A DNA stretch of 64,000 nucleotides from Candidatus Omnitrophota bacterium (lineage in GTDB: Bacteria; Omnitrophota; Gorgyraeia; Gygaellales; UBA12090), in NCBI GenBank assembly GCA_023247895.1, contig JAHFFP010000001.1, forward strand, positions 1,029 to 65,028, in the 5' to 3' direction. Below, in pieces: positions 1 to 8,641 of the stretch; position 1 is the first letter of the stretch, and the number at the start of each line of letters is the position of its first letter. The translations under genes and the position numbers were made by a program. A model generated the notes under the pieces. That model saw nothing but the letters and a program-made list of their open reading frames with translations, was not told the origin of the DNA and made no database searches.

Positions 1-180
1 CGAACCCTGCCTCGCCGGCAGGCGGGCCTACAACCCCTTGAGATACCGCTACTCATAAAAATCCATCGCAAGCGCAGTATGGGCTGGCTTATCGCCCTAG
101 GCGAACCCATCTTCAACAAACTTACAAAAACTGTCAAAATATCGCACGAATTAAAACCATTCTTTGACTACGTTATTTAA
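1..180 (+). repeat. Family-A att arm plus integrase-tail peptide repeat, copy 1 (cut by window edge)
   Basis: Near-identical to 1427-1606 and 2841-3038; translates RTLPRRQAGLQPLEIPLLIKIHRKRSMGWLIALGEPIFNKLTKT...FDYVI*. Confidence 0.85.
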
Positions 181-190
181 CTGAAAAAGC

Positions 191-370
191 CTATTTCTTG
201 ATCAACGCTATAATCAATCCTATCACGCCCGAAGCGATAAAAAATATCCCGCCCAATCTAACTAAGGCCGCTTTATTACCCAGCTTCTCTTTTTTGTTTA
301 TTGACAGATATATCAAATAAATGCCCATACCCAAATAGAAAATTTTGTCAAAAAAAGCCCCTACACTCAT
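191..370 (-). CDS. Small 2-TM membrane protein (59 aa; not in ORF track)
   Basis: Manual translation MSVGAFFDKIFYLGMGIYLIYLSINKKEKLGNKAALVRLGGIFFIASGVIGLIIALIKK*; ATG overlaps stop of upstream gene (ATGA); AAGGGGG RBS. Confidence 0.7.
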   Translation of the reverse strand: MSVGAFFDKIFYLGMGIYLIYLSINKKEKLGNKAALVRLGGIFFIASGVIGLIIALIKK

Positions 371-759
371 GATACCCCCTTTTTAAATTGTTCTTTAATT
401 GACGGATTAAGAAAGAAAATAATAGCGCTTATTCCTATAATGAAACGCATTATGAATGCGATTAATACTGCTAAGCCAAGCCCTTGTTTTGAAAGGCTTG
501 CGATAGATGAAAGCGATGAAGAAAAAGTTAAGATACCCGCTAGAACAAGAAGCCCCATCAAGATTAAAAGAGTAATTCTTGCTACATTTTTCAGGCTCAA
601 TATTCCAATCCCGATTAAAACAAATAAAATTGGCAAGCCGACATAATCGACTCTCCAAATATTTCTTGCCGCATTAATTAATCCGTGACCAACCCCTAGT
701 GTTATTAATAAATATCCCCAAAAGGAAACGCCTCGAGATCTTATGTTTTCCATAAACAC
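367..759 (-). CDS. Hypothetical 4-TM membrane protein
   Basis: ORF track; four hydrophobic segments; RBS AAAGGGG. Confidence 0.75.
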   Translation of the reverse strand: MFMENIRSRGVSFWGYLLITLGVGHGLINAARNIWRVDYVGLPILFVLIGIGILSLKNVARITLLILMGLLVLAGILTFSSSLSSIASLSKQGLGLAVLIAFIMRFIIGISAIIFFLNPSIKEQFKKGVS

Positions 760-768
760 CCCTTTCGA

Positions 769-1338
769 TCATGGACTTACATGAATACCAATGGCAAAAA
801 GTATTAAAGTCAGCGAAACCTTGCCAACAAAAACCGTCTTATAATCCATTCTTTTTATAAACAGATTTTCCAACCAAGGACACCAAACTATTGCCAGAGA
901 AATAATAAGTGCAATATTAAACACCGTGTCTTTATGGATTAAGACTAAAATGGTTCCCCCTGCAAAAATCCAGAAAAACATCCACTTAAAAACAGAACCC
1001 ATTACCACCACGGAACGAACAACACCTTGGATGTCCAAATCCGGGAAAAATATATTTTTAATGATTGCTGTTATCTTCAGATTACTGATGTTCTCTGAAT
1101 AACTTTGCTCTATGGTTGATAGCCCTTTATTACCATTAATTCTCCCAATCCCTTCTGTTACTATCCAATAAATTAGAAAAATTCCGCCGATGGCCCCAAT
1201 CAATAAAGGAATGATATCCCCGACTTTTTCGCCGCTTTGAATAAGAACATAGGCAACAACAGACACCCCAATCACAACAAAAAATGCTAGAAATATCTTA
1301 AATGATTTGGAAAGTTTGAGTTCTGGCGGATTCTCCAT
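769..1338 (-). CDS. Hypothetical multi-TM membrane protein
   Basis: ORF 769..1371; likely start ATG 1338 after GGAGGAGG RBS; hydrophobic segments. Confidence 0.75.
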   Translation of the reverse strand: MENPPELKLSKSFKIFLAFFVVIGVSVVAYVLIQSGEKVGDIIPLLIGAIGGIFLIYWIVTEGIGRINGNKGLSTIEQSYSENISNLKITAIIKNIFFPDLDIQGVVRSVVVMGSVFKWMFFWIFAGGTILVLIHKDTVFNIALIISLAIVWCPWLENLFIKRMDYKTVFVGKVSLTLILFAIGIHVSP

Positions 1339-1358
1339 TAGCACAACCTCCTCCCTAG

Positions 1359-1606
1359 GGTTCGCGTCCACAATTAGTGTGGCCGATTTTCCTTACCCTC
1401 CTCAACGGAGGGTTCACTTAAAAATCTGGCGGGTAGTCGTGGACGGTAGGCGAACCCTACAACCCCTTGAAATAGAGCTACTTATAAAAATTCATCGAAA
1501 ACGTAGCATGGGTTGGCTTATCGCTCTGGACGAACCCATCTTCAATAAACTTACGAAAACTAATAAACCAGCAGACTCAACACCTTACTATGACTATGTT
1601 ATTTGA
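1359..1606 (+). repeat. Family-A junction: left arm (1359-1418), TGGCGG core (1427-1432), integrase-tail peptide, copy 2
   Basis: GGTTCGCGTCCAC...ACGGAGGGTTCACT, then TGGCGGGTAGTCGTGGACGGTAGGCGAACC and WRVVVDGRRTLQPLEI...YDYVI*. Confidence 0.85.
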
Positions 1607-1673
1607 AATCCGGCATTCTGTGAATTACACAGAGTTCTTACGTGAGGCTGTAAATAAAAAGCCAAGAAACCAT

Positions 1674-2582
1674 TCAGCCTCCCCATAAATGCAACTCCTT
1701 TAAGCGCTTAGCAAATAGATTAACTATTTGTATTGAACCCTCAAAATTATTCTCATTCAATAAATCAGCGTTCTTAGAATACTCAAAAGCAATACTAACC
1801 TTCTCTACTCCCCCCCCCCTTTTTCTTTTAGCAATGAAATTATGAGGGATATCATAACGCGTGATATTTTTTCCATAAACCTCTTTTGCGGCCATTTCTA
1901 CTTCTTTCGTAACTACCATGTCCGAATTTCTTTCAACACATGCCATGACGTTGATGCATATGAGATTTTCTAAACGGTTCTGAAAACCAAGAAAACTTTT
2001 CTGTAAATTTGTGTCAAAAAGATCGTGGTTAGTTGCTACCTGGTAAAAAATTGAAAACTGCTTATCAAAATCAGGATTTCCCGATGCTATTTCTTTTATT
2101 ATTAAGGGAAAGGTGACCTTCCTTGCTTCTTGAATCGGACGATTTTGATTCAGATTCATCATAAATATGACTTCTTCTTTCAAATTCATAGGAATCACTA
2201 CTTGACTGCTGGGCAAGTAATGGTCACCTCTGTCATACTCTTCTAAAGTTAATTTTACTTTATAATCTAGGCCATTCTCACAAAAGGTAAAAAGTTGGTT
2301 TTCGGAAATAATCGTATCCGGCTTTTTGCTCTTATGCCTGTTTAAATAATCTTCAGATTCGCTATCTGATACAGACTCATTCCTTGAAGGTAAAATTAAT
2401 ATGTAGCTAAACTCGATTTTCTCTGGCTCCGGAGTTACATTTCTCTTTTTAGCTTGTTCATTAATAAATTTATTCAAGATTTCTTTGTCTTTGTTTTTCT
2501 TAATATCCTTTTGCTGACCTTTCTTTCCAAACAAAAAGAAAACCAGCAGTATGAAACCTAAAAGTAAGAATATTAAATTCAT
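1674..2582 (-). CDS. Hypothetical protein with N-terminal membrane anchor
   Basis: 302-aa ORF; hydrophobic N-terminus. Confidence 0.75.
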   Translation of the reverse strand: MNLIFLLLGFILLVFFLFGKKGQQKDIKKNKDKEILNKFINEQAKKRNVTPEPEKIEFSYILILPSRNESVSDSESEDYLNRHKSKKPDTIISENQLFTFCENGLDYKVKLTLEEYDRGDHYLPSSQVVIPMNLKEEVIFMMNLNQNRPIQEARKVTFPLIIKEIASGNPDFDKQFSIFYQVATNHDLFDTNLQKSFLGFQNRLENLICINVMACVERNSDMVVTKEVEMAAKEVYGKNITRYDIPHNFIAKRKRGGGVEKVSIAFEYSKNADLLNENNFEGSIQIVNLFAKRLKELHLWGG

Positions 2583-2666
2583 AACTCTACCCCCGTTGCT
2601 CCTTCACCCTAAAACTACGAATTAAATTCACAATTTCACTATGCCCATTTTTAATTGTCGCCCAAT

Positions 2667-3038
2667 GGTTCGCGTCCACGACAACACAAGCCTAAAACGC
2701 CACCTGTTTTCGACGGACGGTTCACTATAGTACTTTTAGAGCAATAGAACAATAGAGCATTAGACCGCAATGGAGCCTTTGCTTGACTATTGTTCTATTA
2801 TCTATTGCTCCATTGCTCTGTTTTTTTGCGAAGCAAAAAACGGATAGTCGTGGACGGTAGGCGAACCCTGCCTCGCCGGCAGGCGAGCCTACAACCTCTT
2901 GAAATACCGCTACTTATAAAAGTTCATCGCAAGCGCAGTATGGGCTGGCTTATCGCCCTAGGCGAACCCATTTTCAACAAACTTACAAAAACTGATAAAC
3001 CAAAGGCCGTAGTTCCCTACTATGACTACGTTATTTAA
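2667..3038 (+). repeat. Family-A junction, copy 3, with an inserted repeat hairpin between left arm and core
   Basis: Left arm 2667-2726; short-repeat hairpin ~2738-2820; CGG core 2841; tail RIVVDGRRTLPRRQASLQPLEI...YDYVI*. Confidence 0.85.
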
Positions 3039-3051
3039 CACGTGCTCAAAA

Positions 3052-4143
3052 TTATTCTTCCAATATAACCACAGGACTGTTACCAAAAGTTATTAAACCG
3101 ATGCGACGAGTATTTAAATCGAACAGAACAATCTGATTTCCAACTTGGCAGATAACCTGATCTTCTGGCAATACAGTCGCTTTACTAATTGGCCACATTA
3201 AGAAAGGAGTTTCAAGGGCAATATGTAAAGATTTGCCGGTTTTTTTATTTTCTCCGTTTAATCCTACTATAGCCCAACTTCCAGTATTCACGCTCCAATC
3301 ACGCACATTAGGAGACCTAAAGTCAATTACCTCATCGTTATGCCACCTATCACTTTCACCACAATCTTCACTAACTGCAGTTGCTCCTAAGAGATTTCCC
3401 AGCAAAATAATTGGCTTAGACCAACGACCATTTTCGGCCCAATAAGCGCCTAAATTCGCCTTCCCGTCTTTACTACAAGCAAAAAGCACCTCATACTTAT
3501 TAGTAAGCCTCGCCTCTTTGACCTTTTGTTTAGCAGTGCCGTTGACTCGAATTTTATATAATGCTCTATCTTCCGAAGATATGAAATAAACCCAAGCATT
3601 CCTAGTTTTTAAGAAAGAGAGCGATTTATCGACCTTGACATTAGTCATTAGGCTTGTACCGCTAACTAAAAAATAGATTGGAATCAAAATAGCATATGAC
3701 GCCGAATTGATCACCGCACTTGCCTTAAATGCGCGATTATGGCGATCTTCCTTGCCTTTTAGAATCCAGAAACAAAACGGCCACTCAATAAAAATTGTCG
3801 CTATGTAGGATCCTGCCAGCATCGCAAGGATAATCGCGAAAACATTATTGATTGAGGCAACATTATTGAGCGCGCCCCCCAATGACCATATTCCTACAAC
3901 ACCAGCAACCATTGATATGTAATTAGCCAGCACCATAATAAGAATACTTTTTACTGTTCGAGCACCAAATAGCTTTGCAACTATCAAACCTTCGAATATA
4001 CCAATAATCGCATTGCCTATAAGTAAATGGCCAGCACCTAACAACATCAAGGGGGTTCCTACATCTGCATATGCTGATTTTGGCATAAGAATGAAGAAAG
4101 AAAAAATAATTAACCAAAAATGCTTAAAATATTTTTTACACAT
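3052..4143 (-). CDS. Hypothetical membrane protein (signal peptide, TM block, beta-rich C-terminal domain)
   Basis: 363-aa ORF; AxA signal-peptide site; GAGGAG RBS. Confidence 0.75.
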   Translation of the reverse strand: MCKKYFKHFWLIIFSFFILMPKSAYADVGTPLMLLGAGHLLIGNAIIGIFEGLIVAKLFGARTVKSILIMVLANYISMVAGVVGIWSLGGALNNVASINNVFAIILAMLAGSYIATIFIEWPFCFWILKGKEDRHNRAFKASAVINSASYAILIPIYFLVSGTSLMTNVKVDKSLSFLKTRNAWVYFISSEDRALYKIRVNGTAKQKVKEARLTNKYEVLFACSKDGKANLGAYWAENGRWSKPIILLGNLLGATAVSEDCGESDRWHNDEVIDFRSPNVRDWSVNTGSWAIVGLNGENKKTGKSLHIALETPFLMWPISKATVLPEDQVICQVGNQIVLFDLNTRRIGLITFGNSPVVILEE

Positions 4144-4218
4144 AAACCATCTCCTCTAAAAAAGTTCAAATCCCCTTCTGCTCAAGCCTAAAATTGCATA
4201 GGCTTTCGTCGGAAGAGT

Positions 4219-4562
4219 TCAACAATTCATCAATCCTGAAAGCATTTTGCTGATATCTTCAAGCGTTCTCTTCAGTAGTTCACTCTTCGTTGTATCGACC
4301 AGCCCTCTACGGGAACAAATCTCAAGTATCGAGACACACTCAAACGCTGAATACGAGAAATTCTAAAGAAATTTATTCTACCTGCCTTGGTATATCTGCC
4401 ATTGCCTTCAGCAATATTCGCCGATATTGATAATGACGCCCTATTCAGTTGATCCGCCAGAAAATAATTACCTTTAGGAAAATCCTTGGTTATCTCGCAG
4501 ATGTTATCTGCAAAATCCACGGATTTTCTATATACATCTAATTTTTCGAACAGGAATGACAT
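4219..4562 (-). pseudogene. Four-helix-bundle (23S rRNA IVP/Avd-like) protein, frameshifted
   Basis: FEKLDVY...LADQLNRASLSISANIAEG motif; continuation SAFECVSILEI...ISKMLSGL is in another frame (1-nt loss near 4350). Confidence 0.85.
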
Positions 4563-4678
4563 AATTTTTGAAAATCGATAATCGAAATTTGACCGAATCG
4601 AAAACCTATTCTTATCTACTTTCGAATCTCGATTTTCGATTCTCTGCCATTTTTGCCTCAATTTAACGTAGGCAAAAA

Positions 4679-4768
4679 TGGCGGAGAGGCAGGGATTCGA
4701 ACCCTGGGTAGCCTTACGACTACACATGCTCTCCAGGCATGCCGATTAAACCACTCTCGCACCTCTCC
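4679..4768 (-). tRNA. tRNA-Ser(GGA)
   Basis: GGAGAGG...CATGC-CT-GGA-GA-GCATG anticodon arm, long variable arm, GGTTCGAATCC, CCA end. Confidence 0.97.
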
Positions 4769-4864
4769 AGATATCTATTATTGCGGAGTTTCATTATACA
4801 GCCATATAAACAGATCGTCAACAATTGTTGCTATTCTCTTTATTTTAGGTTACAATATGCCGCT

Positions 4865-5848
4865 ATGTTAAAAATAGATACCTTAAAATTATCTTCCAAT
4901 CTGATCCTTTCTCCTATGGCGGGAATTACTGACCTGCCCTTTCGTACGCTCAACCACACATTCGGCTGTGAGCTTGCCTTTGTGGAGATGATTAATGCCC
5001 GCTCACTTGGCCACAAGAGCAAGAAGACGCAACACATGCTTTCTACTAACCTTAAGGATAAGCCCTTAGGATTGCAATTGTTAGGCTGTGAGCCGAAGTT
5101 TATTCAAAGGGCTATGGATATCTTGCAAGAATATGAATTTGACGTCTTAGATTTTAATGCCGCCTGCCCCGCAAAGAAGGTCACCCGCCGCGGCGAAGGC
5201 GCAAGCCTGCTTAAAGAGCCCAAAAAACTCAATCAACTCCTTAAACTCATAATCAAGAATTCCAAGGTGCCGGTAACGGCAAAGATACGCGCAGGCTGGG
5301 ATAAAGACTCGCTCAACGCCAAAGAAGCCGCGCTCTATGCCCAGGACGCAGGGATAAAGGCGCTATTTATTCACGGCAGGTCTAAGACTCAAGGCTACAG
5401 CGGCTCGGTAGATTATAAAATAATCAAATCGGTAAAAGACGCCCTTACCATACCGGTAATTGCAAGCGGGGATATTCTCTCGGCGCAACTGGCAAAAAGG
5501 ATGTTTGATGAAACCGGATGCGACGGCATTGCCGTTGCCAGAGGCGCGTTAGGGAATCCCTGGATATTCAGAGAAATTCAGGAATTTATTAAAAACGGCA
5601 AAATCATCCCTCGTCCAAGCCCGCAAGAGATAATGCGCACTATGCTCAAACATTTGGATTTGTGCATTGATTTCTACGGTGAAAAGGTGGGAGTGGTGAT
5701 ATTTCGCAAATTTATCGCCTGGTACACTAAGGGCTTCCGCAAAATCAGGCCTCTTCGGGAAAAGGCATCCCGCGTAAAAACTAAGGAAGAAATTCTCACA
5801 CTCAGCGAAGAATTTTTATCCGTAAACACCAGAGAAAAAGAAAACTAA
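4865..5848 (+). CDS. dusB: tRNA-dihydrouridine synthase
   Basis: LSPMAGITD, NAACP, HGRS, RGALGNPWIF motifs; start trimmed to ATG 4865 to avoid the tRNA. Confidence 0.92.
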   Translation: MLKIDTLKLSSNLILSPMAGITDLPFRTLNHTFGCELAFVEMINARSLGHKSKKTQHMLSTNLKDKPLGLQLLGCEPKFIQRAMDILQEYEFDVLDFNAACPAKKVTRRGEGASLLKEPKKLNQLLKLIIKNSKVPVTAKIRAGWDKDSLNAKEAALYAQDAGIKALFIHGRSKTQGYSGSVDYKIIKSVKDALTIPVIASGDILSAQLAKRMFDETGCDGIAVARGALGNPWIFREIQEFIKNGKIIPRPSPQEIMRTMLKHLDLCIDFYGEKVGVVIFRKFIAWYTKGFRKIRPLREKASRVKTKEEILTLSEEFLSVNTREKEN

Positions 5849-5877
5849 AAAAACAGAAAAATTTTATGGCGTTACCC

Positions 5878-6036
5878 TTGCAAGAAACAAGCCATATGTG
5901 GTATACTTTAGTTACTTCCTCGCGTACAAAATTGCTTCGGGCACAAATGGGGTTTTTGAAATAACCAAACCCAAGGGGGCGCGAAAGTCCCGAATCAATG
6001 AGAGAGGATGAAGACGTAAATACGCCCCCTTTTTTA
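5878..6036 (+). ncRNA. Candidate small RNA (promoter, ~120-nt transcript, terminator-like end)
   Basis: TTGCAA-18-TATACT (TG-extended) at 5878-5907; AAGGGGGCG pairs with CGCCCCCTT, followed by a T run; next gene is convergent. Confidence 0.35.
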
Positions 6037-6091
6037 TCTTTCCCTCAAGCCTCGTTCCCAAAGAATATTATTCCTCAAAGAAGGCCTCCTA

Positions 6092-7399
6092 CTAATCGGC
6101 CAATTCTATGGAAACCCTCTCAAACTCCTTCTCCTTAAGTAAAAAGACATCAACCACATTTGGATCAAACTGAGTGCCCTTTGCTTCTGCTATAATCTTA
6201 ACGCTTTGGGCATGAGATAACGCATCCTTATAACATCTTTTTGAGCGAAGGGCATCATATACATCGGCCAGGGCCATTATCCTTGCGGACAAAGGGATTT
6301 TATCACCTGCTAAACCGTGGGGATATCCCGCGCCATCCCAGCGTTCATGATGAAATTCGGCTATTTGAATAGCTATCTCTATCAAAGACTGAAAGCCAAT
6401 CTTCTTATTTGCTTCTTTTAGTATTTCCGCTCCATAGACTGAATGCTTCTTAATTTCAGTGAATTCTTCAGGGGTGAGTTTAGCGGGTTTACGCAAAATC
6501 GCGTCAAGGACTCCCACCTTACCCACATCATGCAAAGGAGACGCCTTTACCAAATCAACAATGTATTGCTCTGTTATATAATTACTGTAGCCGGAAGACT
6601 TCTGCAATTCCTTAACAATAAGTTCAACATATTTTGATGTGCGCTCAAGGTGTTTCCCTGTTTCAATATCCCGAATTTCCGCAAGGTAAGCGAGGGCATA
6701 GATTGTGGCATCCAGCGTGCGCTCAACTTTAAGAATAGTGTCTTTTTGTGCCATATGAGCCCTGAAAAAGATAAAGAAAAGCAAGAGGTATATAAGAATA
6801 CCTGCCGCAGCGATGAGGCTCCAAATAATAGCCCTATTCTTCTCAATCTGCCCCAAAAGCTCATGCGCTGCTTCATATAGTTCAACCACCCCTATAACCT
6901 TATCAGCCTGCCTTATCGGGGTATAAATTTCCAAGACTGTGCCGGCAAACCTCTCTGATGAATTTTCCTCCTTCTCAGGCAGCTGAAACAGGCTATTGGT
7001 TTGTCCATGTATCGCAAGCTGGTAATTAGGGTCGTTTTCAAAATTCCTGCCGATTAATTCCCTGTCATTACTCCAAATCACATTTCCATTACTGTCCCAT
7101 ATCTTTACCCGAAAGACCGAACTAAACGACTCTATTCCCGAAGCAAAACCCTCGATATCCTCAAGTCTTCTTGAAGCGCTTTCAGACAGGATAAAAGAAT
7201 AAATTCCCGGGCTGTTCTTTGCCGTAAGCGAGATAATTTTAGGAAAAAAACTGATGTGGGCGTTAATTGCTTGTTCGGTGAGGCTTTGTGTTAAAAACGT
7301 CCCAAGCAAGAGAGACACACCTAAAGTAACCGCGAAAGTAACGACAGTATATTGCAGAATTATGTTGCGTTTTAGCTTTGCATCAATCTTTATGGGCAA
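6092..7399 (-). CDS. Membrane HD-GYP phosphohydrolase with extracytoplasmic sensor domain
   Basis: LHDVGK, HHERWDGAGYP, ADVYDAL motifs; two TM helices. Confidence 0.9.
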   Translation of the reverse strand: MPIKIDAKLKRNIILQYTVVTFAVTLGVSLLLGTFLTQSLTEQAINAHISFFPKIISLTAKNSPGIYSFILSESASRRLEDIEGFASGIESFSSVFRVKIWDSNGNVIWSNDRELIGRNFENDPNYQLAIHGQTNSLFQLPEKEENSSERFAGTVLEIYTPIRQADKVIGVVELYEAAHELLGQIEKNRAIIWSLIAAAGILIYLLLFFIFFRAHMAQKDTILKVERTLDATIYALAYLAEIRDIETGKHLERTSKYVELIVKELQKSSGYSNYITEQYIVDLVKASPLHDVGKVGVLDAILRKPAKLTPEEFTEIKKHSVYGAEILKEANKKIGFQSLIEIAIQIAEFHHERWDGAGYPHGLAGDKIPLSARIMALADVYDALRSKRCYKDALSHAQSVKIIAEAKGTQFDPNVVDVFLLKEKEFERVSIELAD

Positions 7400-7507
7400 G
7401 GGAGCTATGTCCTTTCTTGTAGGGCGTTCTTTTTCAATCCGAAATAAAGACAGCGCAGAAATACATTATTTCGGCATCCATAGATCCTGAGCCACATTGG
7501 TTCAGGA

Positions 7508-7543
7508 TCCGCTTGTGCTTTCATTAATGAAAGCACAAGCGGA
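7508..7543. repeat. 36-bp perfect palindrome abutting the outermost att core
   Basis: TCCGCTTGTGCTTTCATT|AATGAAAGCACAAGCGGA. Confidence 0.9.
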
Positions 7544-7548
7544 CGCGG

Positions 7549-7758
7549 TTGCAACCAATTCGCGCCGCCTCTGAAATCAAAGCTAAAATTATCATTAACC
7601 TTCTACAACGCATACCATTATATCAAAAATTATCTAAAAAGATAACGGAATTACGCTTACTTGGCATGCCTTGTAAAGACATAGCCAAGAACTTAAACAT
7701 CGCGAAAAGAACAGTTACACGGGCTTGTAAATTTCAGAAGATGACTCAAGGAGGCTAA
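7549..7758 (+). CDS. Orphan integrase C-terminal (HTH-like) fragment, older copy
   Basis: Paralog of 9820..10035; in frame with the CGG core; no clear RBS. Confidence 0.6.
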   Translation: MQPIRAASEIKAKIIINLLQRIPLYQKLSKKITELRLLGMPCKDIAKNLNIAKRTVTRACKFQKMTQGG

Positions 7759-7760
7759 GA

Positions 7761-7964
7761 ATGAGCTGACCATTTAGTATTCGTAATGCCCTATATTCCA
7801 AAGAAAGATATATTTGGATACAAGTCAGGATTATACACGAAACGGACAAAGCGATATTGATAGACAACGGTAGGAAAACATGGATCCCGAAGTCGCGGAT
7901 ATATGGGATAAGATTAAGGAATAATGTCTTTGAAATTTATATTAAAGAAGGTGTGGCGGGATAA
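7761..7964 (+). pseudogene. Paralog of 10032..10235 with TGG>TGA at codon 3
   Basis: ATG AGC TGA CCA TTT...ETDKAILIDNGRKTWIPKS... Confidence 0.8.
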
Positions 7965-8166
7965 TAATACTTAGGAATACTTTAATTAATAGGGCATTAC
8001 CTCTACTCACTTAAAGAATCTTGTTAATTAATACAGGCAATTTCTTACTTCGGGGATATGAGACACAATACTTAATGCTATCGACTGCATTAGTTGCTGC
8101 GCCCCGGGCATTATCACTGTGCTTCCCGATGTTTTTCACTTAGATGGGCACATTTTTGACATATCA

Positions 8167-8400
8167 TTAATTTGACACCTGTATAGAATAAAGACCGGTA
8201 TGAGTATCTTTTCCTGCCGAATCTTCTCTCTTCTTAACGATATAATCGGCCACTTCAGGCAAAATTATATTATTTTTCCAGTCTTCGTATTCTTTAAGAA
8301 TATACCCGCACTTCAAGGTAGCGTAACTTTTCTTTTTAAAATAAGCGGCTGTTTGTTTATATAACCGTTTAACTAAATTATTTCTTTTTAACATATTCAC
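8167..8400 (-). CDS. Hypothetical protein, possibly a fragment
   Basis: 77-aa ORF only. Confidence 0.35.
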   Translation of the reverse strand: MNMLKRNNLVKRLYKQTAAYFKKKSYATLKCGYILKEYEDWKNNIILPEVADYIVKKREDSAGKDTHTGLYSIQVSN

Positions 8401-8427
8401 ATTTTTCTTATTAAAAAACTGTCATAA

Positions 8428-8625
8428 TTACAGCATTTCCACTTCTTCACCGCAATTAGGACACTTGCAAATATTCTTTGTTTTATCAACCCATTCTATT
8501 TTCTGATCTAAATAAATCACAGCGCCGCAATGAGGGCATTCCTCACTATTCATCAGCTCATCGCCGCCATCTAAGAAAAAATCATCAAGTTCGTCGCTTT
8601 TCATCTCCAAGAATAGAACCGTCAC
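8428..8625 (-). CDS. Small zinc-ribbon protein
   Basis: CPHC...CPNC. Confidence 0.7.
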   Translation of the reverse strand: MTVLFLEMKSDELDDFFLDGGDELMNSEECPHCGAVIYLDQKIEWVDKTKNICKCPNCGEEVEML

Positions 8626-8641
8626 TTATTTCCCCTATTTC

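Noticed and set aside
1-4220. Classical integron (attC) or CRISPR interpretation of the repeats
   Set aside because: No IntI tyrosine recombinase, no clear RYYYAAC...GTTRRRY attC ends, and no short repeat-spacer periodicity; the repeats are ~180-250 bp and show coding constraint.
4272-4871. ORF-track calls 4272..4727, 4653..4871 and the 5' extension of 4739..5848
   Set aside because: They overlap tRNA-Ser(GGA); the real starts are at 4562 and 4865.
5930-6030. c-di-GMP riboswitch near the HD-GYP gene
   Set aside because: Consensus motifs are not convincingly present, and it lies at the 3' end on the opposite strand.
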